A DNA stretch of 64,000 bases from Cycas panzhihuaensis (taxonomy: Eukaryota > Plantae > Cycadophyta). Shown here one piece after another: positions 1 to 9,749 of this stretch. The stretch lies in contig CM041465.1 of assembly GCA_023213395.1 (NCBI GenBank), positions 211,675,741 to 211,739,740 on the forward strand, read 5' to 3'. The notes beneath the pieces were generated by a model that saw only the letters and a list, made by a program, of their open reading frames with translations, searched no databases and was not told where the DNA came from. The position numbers were made by a program, and so were the translations under genes. Numbering within the stretch: the first letter of the stretch is position 1; the number at the start of each line of letters is the position of its first letter.

Positions 1-48
1 TATGCCCAAAGCCCTTGTGCCGATGAAGAATTTGCATTTAATTCCATA

Positions 49-2990
49 TTGACCCATCCAACGTTGTCACCAGAAGCTCTTTGGCATGCTCGTATGGGCC
101 ATGTTCACATTGATAAACTTAGAGATCTTTCTAACACTCTTCCAAACCTTCCAAAGTTTTCCTCTAAGCCCTTTAAATGTGAAGCTTGTATTATTGTCAA
201 ATCTCATCGACAACCCTTTCTCAAAAGTTAGTAGAAATCGAGCCATCCATTACAATTGGTACACTCTGATTTGTGTGGGCCAATACCCATTCTTTCACTG
301 AAGGGAAAGCTATATTACATCTCTTTCATTGATGATTTCACTAGAAAAGTATGGGTAGCTTTTCTACACAAGAAAGATAAAGCATTCTGTATATTCAAGG
401 AATTCAAAGCCCTTACTGAAAAAGAGTCAGGTTATCAACTCAAATATCTTCAAACTGATAATGGTGGAGAATATACCTCACATGAGTTTAAAAGCTACCT
501 TTGAGACAATGACATCAAGCATAAAACAATAGTAGCAGGTACCCCACAGCAAAATGGAGTTGCCAAGTACATGAACAGGACAATCATGAACATGGTTCAT
601 GCTATGTTAATATATAAAAATGTACCTACCTATTTATGGGCTAAAGCAATCTGGATAACTATTTATTGTATCAATGTTGTTAGCCCATAAAAGCAAGCAA
701 AATCACCTAATGAAAAGTGGTCAGGACAAGCCCCTATTATTCACTACTTTAAAATTTTTGGCTCTACATGCTATACCCATATTCTAGATGCAGATTGAAA
801 TAAACTCCAGCCAAGGTCACTTAAAGGCATCTTTGTTGGATACCCTATGGATAAGAAAGGGTATAAGGTCTTTATACCTTCACAACGAAAAATCATTGTT
901 GCCAGAGATGTCATTGTTGTGGAGATAGAGGATCAGTTACTTAAATTAGACTCCATAGTACCCTCACGTCGCTATAATAATGTTATCAAGTATGATGTTT
1001 AGATTCCAAAATTTAGGAGGGGGATAGATATAAATTACTCCAAATATTGGAAGCTGACAATAGAGCCTTGGAGGATACAAGTTGTGACTCTAAACCAATG
1101 AATGCACATCTAGTACCATCTTTTGAAGATAACAGAGTTGACAAAGGCAAAGCCATTATAGAAGAACCATCCTCTCCACCTTCAGTTGACAAAGGTAAAA
1201 TAGTCGTAGAAGGACCATCTTCCTTAGGCACATCAACATCCTCCTCACAAAATAATCATTTTAATAAACATGATGAGAACTAAGAAGTTGGGGAAATGAG
1301 GATATCATTCCCAACTCAAGGATCTCGAGAAGCCCGCCAGCTCAAAAAGGACATACAACCAGATGAGGTGGGAAAAACTGGCACTTAAAGTACCCATAGA
1401 GAAAGGATGCAAGAATCATTGTATACTGAGTTTGAACTAGCAGAATTGTACCTTACTCTTAATGAAGAGCCCTTAACGTACCAAGAAGTTATGAAGCATA
1501 CAGCTTGGAGAAACGCCATGAATGAAGAGTACCAATCTCTTATTAAGAATGGTACATGGGAGCTTATTGATCTACCACTTGGTAGAAAGGTAGTTCAAAA
1601 TAAATGGGTGTTCAAAAATAAATATAGATCAAATGGTACCCTTAAAAAACACAAGACGAGGTTGGTAGCTAAAGGATTTACACAAAGGGAAGGCATCGAC
1701 TACACTGAAGTCTTTGCACCTACAACTAAGTGGCCTACAATTAGAACTCTTGTGGCCTTGGATGCTCAACAAGATTAGAAAATCCACCAACTCGATATTA
1801 AAACCATGTTTCTCAATGGAGATCTTGAAGAAGAAATTTACATGGCTCAACTAAAAGGATATGAGATCGAAGGTTAAGAGCATAAGGTTTGTAGCCTCAG
1901 AAAATCCTCGTATGGTCTTAAACAAGCCCCTCGCACTTAGTTTGCCAAGTTGTCTAAAAGGATGAGGCAACTTGGATACGAGGTTTGTGACTATCAAGAT
2001 ATTAATGCAATGTTATTCATCAAGCGCTATAAGGATAATGTCACTTATCTCATAATCTTTATGGATGACATGCTAGTAATGGCTAATAGTGAATAGGCAA
2101 TAAGCCAGCTAAAAAAGGACCTTGGCCAAACGTTTGAATTGTATGACCTCGATTTAATGAAATATTACTTGGAAATTGAAGTAACACAAAAGAATAGAAA
2201 ATTTTTCCTCTCCCAAGAAAAATACATCAACGATCTTCTAACTAAGTTTCAGTTAGAAGATGCTCGACCAATGATTTTACCTATGGATCCTAACACCAAA
2301 CTCTTAGCTGAAGGTGACACTAGGGAGGCAGACGCAACACTCTATAGGAAACTTGTAGGTAGTCTCATCTACACTACCAATACAAGGCCAGATATTATAC
2401 ACTCTGTCAGTATTCTTGCTCGTTACATGACAAATCCAAAGCAGAATCATTGGCAGGCAGCAATGCAAGTGTTGAGATACCTTAAGATGACCAGCAAATA
2501 TGGTTTGTTGTATGAACCTAATTCAGACTTCAAGCTTTCTACATACATAGACTCAAACTTTGTAGGAGATAAATATACAAGAAGATTTATATCTGGGTAT
2601 GTAATGTTTCTTGGAACAACACCAATATCATGGAGATCCAGACAGCAGAAGATAGTTGCAGATTCAACTGCTGAAGCTGAATACATTGTTGCATCTGAGA
2701 CCTATAAAGAGGTGATATGGATGAGAAAATTATTGGAAACATTGAATATCACCCAAACAAGTCCTACGAGTCTTCTTGTGGATAATCAATCAGCAATCTG
2801 CATGGTGAAAAATCTTGTATTTCATGATCGTACTAAACACATAAGTACGAAAGTCCACAGGATTAGGGAACTTATTCATGACGGCACAATTCAATTAGAT
2901 TACTGCCCCACAGTAGATCAAGTGGTTGATATCTTCACCAAACCACTGTAAAGGGTGAAGTTTGAATAGTTCCGAAGGTAGCTTGGCCTT
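49..2990 (+). pseudogene. copia pol pseudogene (INT-RT-RNase H) of element A
   Basis: ORF fragments 49-231, 256-504, 1407-1778 and 2139-2951 are consecutive pieces of one polyprotein broken by stops and frameshifts. Confidence 0.95.
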
Positions 2991-3457
2991 AGGGCCTCCA
3001 TCTTCAATTAATCAAAGAAGATGGCAATAGGATCATCATACTCTATTCTTTTCGTGAAAACCCCTTGTGGGTGCGGAAGAATAAGAGTAAGTCTCTGCTC
3101 TATCCTCTTTGTGAAAACCCCATGTGGGCACGAAAGCATAAGGGTTGTACTTGTTTTGGAAAATCAAAACCTGTAAAAACCCAAAAAGGCATAGGGGATG
3201 ACCAAACAATATATGGAGACTTAGTAGATTAAGCTGTACATTTAAGCTACTTGGCTATCAGGCTACATCAAAGAGTGACCTTAGCCATTTTGATTTATAA
3301 AAGGAGTTATAGATCTTAGCAAATTTGTGGGTTTTTATTCCCCATGAGGGTTTTCCCACAAAAGTGTCATTTAGAATTTCAATGTAATAATGAGGCTCAA
3401 ATGAAGACTTCATAGAATAGATTTTCTGAAAATGACCTTCCACCATTAAGGGGGGAT

Positions 3458-3768
3458 TGAAAGAGGTTAATGTATCAAGGTCATTTGTGTATATTAATTA
3501 TGTAACCTTATGATATATTATTAGCATTAGTCTCTTAATGAAATGTACTTTATGTGCATTTAGATGTAATTTTGGGTTCATGTCATTAGGTGAGAAAATC
3601 CTAACCTAATGCTCACCCTCAATAATAAAAGGTGAAATCTAAAGGAGGGAGTCATTATTCATTCTCACCTCCAAGCTTGCTCTCATATCTTATTTCATCT
3701 TCTTTTTCATTCTCCATTGCCATTGTATGCATGTGAGTGATTTATCTCCTAGATCCATCCTTCCTTCA
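3458..3768 (+). repeat. 3' LTR of copia A (311 bp, TG...CA), PPT at ~3446-3457
   Basis: PPT TTAAGGGGGGAT directly before TGAAAGAGG; ends CCTTCCTTCA; matches both LTRs of element B in reverse complement. Confidence 0.93.
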
Positions 3769-4919
3769 TAGTGTGTTGCAAGTTGCAGTGAGACATGTAG
3801 CATTACAACATTAAGTATTAGGGATTCATTTAATGGTGTTTTAATGGTCTTAACAATAGTGGTTTAACATTTAGATTCACTATCATGATTAGCGGGATAT
3901 CTTGTTGTAGTATGGTGGTTTCTTGATAATCAAAGCACAATGCTTCACAAAGTTATCTTAATATATGGATTGCAATAAAGGTAGGGTTAAAGGTTTGTAT
4001 TGATTACATGTGGTTCTATGTAAATGATTTATTTTTTTGTAGAATAGTTTTAGAGCACTGCAGTGTGCACATTGAGGTAGAAATAATCTAACATTGAGTG
4101 GTTATTAGTCTGACTTCACATTGGGTGATTGATTGGACTATCGTTTAAGGAAAAGTTACTTGGTAGAGATTGGTTTTGGATTCATCATTTGCTATTCTTT
4201 AAACTTTAGAGATATTGGTTCTCATTAGTTGAGAAAAGGGCTAAGAAGGCAAGAAATAGTTCTGCGTGTTGGACAAGGTAACTATTTGGTAATATAAAAT
4301 AGAAACATGACCTATTCTATGCATTTTGTATAAGAAAGCATTGATGGCGAGATGAGTGAAAGGGATGCATTTTGAATGGATGTAGTATAGTAATGTGAGT
4401 ATTATTTTTACATTTTTTATAACAAAGTAGCGAGACTTGATTCTTTGCGCGTGTTGTACATGAGAGAGTGAGGTGGGTGAAGAGACATCTATTGTTTCTC
4501 TTATATATGTTTGGATGAGAAAGTTGGTGAGGTGATGACTTGATGATATAAGACAATTGTGAACCTTTGTAACATGTGGGGTTACTAGCATGATTTAAGG
4601 ATGAGTTTTTTGGGTTGCAGGGAAGTAAAATTATTGAGTGGTATAATGGCATGAGTTGTGTTTTTTGGGCAATCAAGTGATGTTTATGTCTTGGTAGCAA
4701 CATATGGCATGTATGGTTACTGTAAGATTTTTGAAACATTGGTTTGGTGAAGTGAGTGTTTGGATTCTATGTTTGGTGATATGGGAAATAGATAAGGCAA
4801 TGATGTGATGATAAAATCAATGATGTGAGAGATATGAGACATGAACAAATTACCAATGATAAGTGAGTTTATTGATTGAGAAAAGGGACGTGGCATGTGA
4901 AAATGGCATTTATAATCAT

Positions 4920-6168
4920 GGAGGAAAATGATGTGGTTATATATGCTCTTGAAACAAATGAATATTACTTAAGGGGTTTGTTTCTTCCAGTACCTAAATA
5001 TAATGGTGAAGACTACTTCTTTTAGACAATTAAAATAAGATGTCTATTCATAGCTAGAGGTTTGTGGAAGATTGTTACTAATGAATATGATATCCTTAAG
5101 GATGAAGAAGAAAAAGAAATGCTTAAGAAGAAAGATAGAAAAACATTTATTACGATTCGTACTGTATTTAATAAGGTTGATCTTTCTTCCAAATTCTATT
5201 TTGTTATTCCTATGATTCTACATACAAGTAATGCTAAAGAAGCTTGGGATTTTCTAAGGGAAATATTTGAACAAACTCCTAAAGAGACACATCGAATTAT
5301 TGAAAAAGTAATTAAGGCTAGTTATGGTATAGGTACAACAAATGAAAAAAATATCATCAACACTAATGAAACAACATGTCAGGATGAAGAATGTATGAGT
5401 ACTGACGAAACTTCTATTGAATGTAAAGAAATGATGGTTGAATGCATTAATGAGATTACAGATGAAGATATTGAAAGTGATTAATAAATTTCAAGTGAAA
5501 TTAAATATGATGATCCTATAAAGGATGAGTCTTATATTAATGATATTCCTACTTTAAATATTGATTCAAGTTTGAATGATGTTCCTTCTTTGAGCATTGA
5601 TTCAAGTTCAAAGAGTATGCAAGTTGATCAAGACTCCACTCCTAAGATTGAAGAAATCATTGTTATACATGGTGATCAAGAGTTTATACAGGATAATGAT
5701 GATAGGCAAGTTGTGATTGAAGATGGTTACTTACAGGATCTTCATCAGACTAGACCAGCTGCAATAAAGAAGCAAGACTTATACTTACTAGAGCAACTAC
5801 ATCAACGCCATCAGTACAGAATTGAAGACATCATTCTGTAGCAAAGACATCACTACAAGATTGAAGACAAGGATTAGGTTAGAGACATCATTTTTAAGAC
5901 ATTTCCAAGGACAAAGCATTGCAAATATAAATGACCCAAATGTACATTAAGGGGGAGTGTTAGAATATTAATATACATTTAATTTATCCCACATGCAAGT
6001 GGGTCCTACTCTTCCATCATGACTTGTATTATAAATACACAATTTTGTGTATCATATTGTAATGATATAGTAATGATATTTTGTTAATATATGGAGGTAC
6101 CTTAAGGGTATCATTCAATCCTATTCTGTTCTATTTGGAAGATTGTTTGTGCAAGTTGATTTTCAACA
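4920..6168 (+). mobile_element. gag-only (pol-less) copia derivative D with PPT and 211-bp 3' LTR (5958-6168)
   Basis: Copia gag N-terminus (PKYNGEDYFF*TIKIRCLFIARGLWKIV; AKEAWDFLREIFE), an acidic low-complexity tail, then PPT TAAGGGGGAG and TGTTAG...TTTCAACA. No pol and no 5' LTR seen. Confidence 0.75.
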
Positions 6169-7620
6169 GTTTAGAGGGGGAATTTAAGCCCCTAACATTC
6201 CACGAGATTAATTTCATCTCTTCTTTCTTTACTTCCATGTCTCTAATGCCTCCCATTTAGGTAGGTCTTGTCCTTCAGATCTAGTTCTAACTCTAAGACC
6301 TTCCAAGAAGCCTTCATTGAGGGTTTTCTAATTACCCTGGTCCACTTGAGTAGCTGCTTCTCTTTCCCTCACAAGTCTCAAGGGAGGCATGCCAACATGT
6401 TTCTCAGAATGGACATCCTGGGTCTTTTTCTGGACCTCTTCTTTGTGGAGTGCTTGGGGATGGATTAGATCAACACTACCTAGGGTAGAATTTCCCACAT
6501 GACCAACTCCTTCAAAAGTAGATGAAGGGATAAAAGCCTGGGCTTCCTGGTCACCCATATCTGAGAGGTTGTCTTCCATGTTGGGATCAAACCCAAGATC
6601 TGTATCTCTATGCACTTCTATAGGAACTTCATCTTCCCTCACAGGAGGTGCCTCACCTAGCGCCTCGATTTGCTTGACTTTCTCTCCCTTTGATGGCTCT
6701 ATCTCCTAACACTTTGTCTCCTTCTTAGGATTTTCTTTCAGATCTATATTTCCTATTTCATTTTCTTCCACTGCTTGCCGTACAGTTGGGTATTTCTGAG
6801 GTAGATGGCCCAACCTCCTACATAGTGAACATCTAAAATTCTCCATCTCATAAACTAGTGGTTGGGGCCAACTCTGATCCTCCATATCCATCCATATTTC
6901 CTCTAAGAGGGGCTTATCAATCCTGATCAAGGCACATAATTTGGAATTAATAAGCCTACTTTTGTTTTTGGTCACTGAATCCATAGCTAAGAGGGGACCC
7001 ACAGCTTTCGCCAGCCCCTTCAAGACTTCCAAGTTCCAATGTTGTAACGGAAGACCTAGCAGTTGGACCCAGACAGGGGCTTGATTAACCATAGGAACTA
7101 ATGGATCAAAGTCTCTATGCCACTTTTCCAATATTAAAGCCTTCCTCCTAAATATCTAGGGGGGCCTTATGAGGATATTTGACATGTCTTCCTAAGAAGC
7201 AAATTTAAAGAGAACACATCCTTTTGGCATGACTATGACTTCCACATTTCCTACCATCCTCCATTTATTCCTAATCCAACTTCTTATGGTATCCAGCCTA
7301 GGTCTTGGACCAAAGAATCTACCAACTAAACTATTTTTCCAAAGCTTCTCAGTTCTCTTTACCAGCTTCTCTAGGATTTTCAGTCTCACCTTGTTATCTT
7401 GTATAATGGGTGTTAGGTCATATTCTTCCACATCTCCAGATCTTAAGATTTCTAGGTAGGATTTACCTTGAGGGGGGTTGTGAGATTGGTTCTGTACACT
7501 TTGATCTTTCTCCATTATAGAATAGAAAAAGATAGAATAAGAACTATTTGTTAGAACTCATTCGCTATTAACTAGAGTATCACACAGCAAAATATTGAGG
7601 GATTGTAGAGTATTGCATGC
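6169..7620 (-). mobile_element. L1-clade LINE, 5' half (ORF1 plus first 16 codons of ORF2)
   Basis: ORF1 with DUF4283-type RRM (SLVGRFFGPRP...W...GCVLFKF), PVWVQLLGLPL motif and zinc knuckle (CSLCRRLGH). ORF2 start MKLISWNVRGLNSPSK at 6217-6170 is the AP-endonuclease domain I motif. 5' boundary approximate. Confidence 0.92.
6220..7515 (-). pseudogene. LINE ORF1 pseudogene (DUF4283 + zf-CCHC)
   Basis: ORF pieces 7192-7515, 6706-7131 and 6328-6642 separated by stops/frameshift. Confidence 0.9.
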
Positions 7621-7808
7621 GAGGGAGACCTTTCCACATACTGACACACACCCCGACTATTCAGATCTGCCACACCTTAGATGACCAGTAAGGACTGGAT
7701 GTGAACCTGCTTCTGACACTACTAGGGTCACCTCCTTCATTCCATCCATGTTAGTCATCGCGTCAATCCAAGCGCCCCTACCAAGGAGGGGATCATTATT
7801 ATCGAATG

Positions 7809-8053
7809 CCTCGTCACGAGGCTCAGAGCTATTGGGGGATCCTCCCTGTCTGCCTCTGCACAACTCCTCTGATGCCATGTTCACCTTAGCTGCCATGACA
7901 GACAAACGCAACTCCTGTCCAGCTCTTAGTGGGGAAACACCCAATGATCTACCATTGCCTACCTCGTCTCGAGGCATAGAGCTACTAGGGGAGTCTCCCC
8001 GTCTGCCTTTGCACAGCTTCTTCGACGTCACCCATAAACCTTAGCCGCCATGA
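7809..8053. repeat. GC-rich direct repeat, two ~90-bp copies with 153-bp period
   Basis: CCTCGTCACGAGGCTCAGAGCTATTGGGGGATCCTCCC... (7809) and CCTCGTCTCGAGGCATAGAGCTACTAGGGGAGTCTCCC... (7962); both end in ACCTTAGC(T/C)GCCATGA. Confidence 0.85.
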
Positions 8054-8109
8054 TGGAGAGATACATTTAATAGATTAACATGTATAACACATCTTAAAGT
8101 GAATAGATA

Positions 8110-8960
8110 TAAAGATAATAAATCAACATCAAGCCATTATAACTGCTATTTGTACTAATCATTTATCACCAATATTAATCTAATTGCTACCATATTTGCT
8201 ACTAGAATAAATGTCTCTTAGTAATATATCTCTTTTATTTACTTGAATCCTTTGGCTATTAATCTATCCTTGTATTTATTAATCAAGCCATTAGATCTAA
8301 ATTTGGTCTTATAAACCCATTTGTAACTAATTACTTATTCAACTACCAATAAATCAATCAAATTCCAAGTCCTATTTTGCTTAATGACTCAAATATTAAC
8401 ATCCATCATTGACTTCTACTTCTATTACTAATTGGCCTTCTCAAAACTTAATGGCTCACTAGCATTCAACATGTCTTCCATTAAAGCAAAATTAATCATA
8501 TTTGGTCTCATCCTTGACTTCTATTTTCTTTTTATCTTATTCAAATAAGTTTTTGCTATGGTTTTTAAATACCATTTAGCAAACTTATTAGAAGGTGGAG
8601 TGACCTCAAATTACATCTCTAGCTATGACTCTTAAGTATCTTCATACTTATCCTTCTTAACTTCTTTCTCCCTTTTAATTTTTTCCTCCTCCTTGGGTTC
8701 AGTCTTTGGCTTGACAAATTACTATCTTAAAGAACTATACACAAGTTATGCCTTAATCTATTTTTCTTTGTCTCATCAAATTTTTAAAGTATCCAAGTTT
8801 TGATCCTAATTTATAACCTATTTGTAAACCTTTTTGAAGATGATGTCCCAAGTTATATGTATCTTCTTGGTTTCCAACTCATATACCCATGTAAGGACCT
8901 AACTCCAAGGTGATCATCATTTGGTACATGTTTCTACTTTCTTATGGTAGATTATTAGTA
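8110..8960 (-). mobile_element. highly degenerate copia remnant E (integrase C-terminus to RT N-terminus)
   Basis: Minus strand reads ETKKIHITWDIIF, NFALM...EPLSFEKA, NRTWNLIDL, KWVYKTKFRSNGLINKYKDRLIAKGF. Confidence 0.85.
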
Positions 8961-9229
8961 CTATATACTTGTCCTTTCCTCTTCATCTTCTTCACTTTTT
9001 CTTTATAGTTTATATCAATGTAGTTTATATAATTTTATTTATTACTCACACTATTTAAGGTGGAAGTTATTTTATGCTATACCAAGTATGAGGGTGTACC
9101 ACCTTATTTATTTATTCCTCCTTATGAGGTGGGAGTTAGTTTCATACTCTACTAATGTTTGGAGGCATTATTTTGTGTTTCTAGAATAAGTAGTTAAAAA
9201 CCTTGATTCTCCTTATTAACTCATCAAAG

Positions 9230-9381
9230 ACTTATCCAACCTTCTTACATGTGTAGTTATATAAGAATATATAGACATAAGTTTATAAGATACTACCTTA
9301 TGGTTTTATAATAAAATGGGCATAAACCATGGGCTAAAAAATACCCATATAACACTTGCAAAGTGTTCAACATATTCAACA
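9230..9381 (-). repeat. truncated LTR of the copia F family
   Basis: Reverse complement starts TGTTGAATATGTTGAACACTTTGCAAGT, matching LTR starts at 53259, 57762 and 33656; similarity continues to about AAGGTTGGATAAG. Confidence 0.75.
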
Positions 9382-9749
9382 CTTTTTATGCTCCACCTAT
9401 TGATTAAAAGCTCTTTAAGAGGGCTATCCATATCTACAAATAATTTTATACTTAAAAAATATTTAAATGGATATTTTTAGGTTTTGTAATTAGAGTTATT
9501 TAAGTGCAAAATCACTTTTGAATAACCTTTTTCTATTTTGGTAATATATCACTCATACAAAGTCAAAATTGGATAATTCTAGTTGTACTAGAATCTTTAT
9601 TTAAAGGAATTCATCACCATATAATTAAATTTAATTATTAATACTTGTTAAGAATTATTATTGGCCCAAAATATTAAAAAAATTGTATGGTAATATGAAG
9701 AGTAATTGATAGATTTTATAGTTTCATAGTAACTTTTACCCAGCACTAA

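Larger units (their letters stand above)
1..3768 (+). mobile_element. Ty1/copia LTR retrotransposon A (5' part outside window), degenerate pol plus 3' LTR
   Basis: Copia domain order: GAG-pre-integrase (LWHARMGH, CEAC), integrase (VHSDLCGP, FIDDFTR, QTDNGGEY), RT (EPLTY...KWVFKNK...RLVAKGFTQREGIDY), RNase H (STAEAEY, VDNQSAI, RTKHI, DIFTKPL). Many stops/frameshifts. PPT and LTR follow. Confidence 0.97.
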
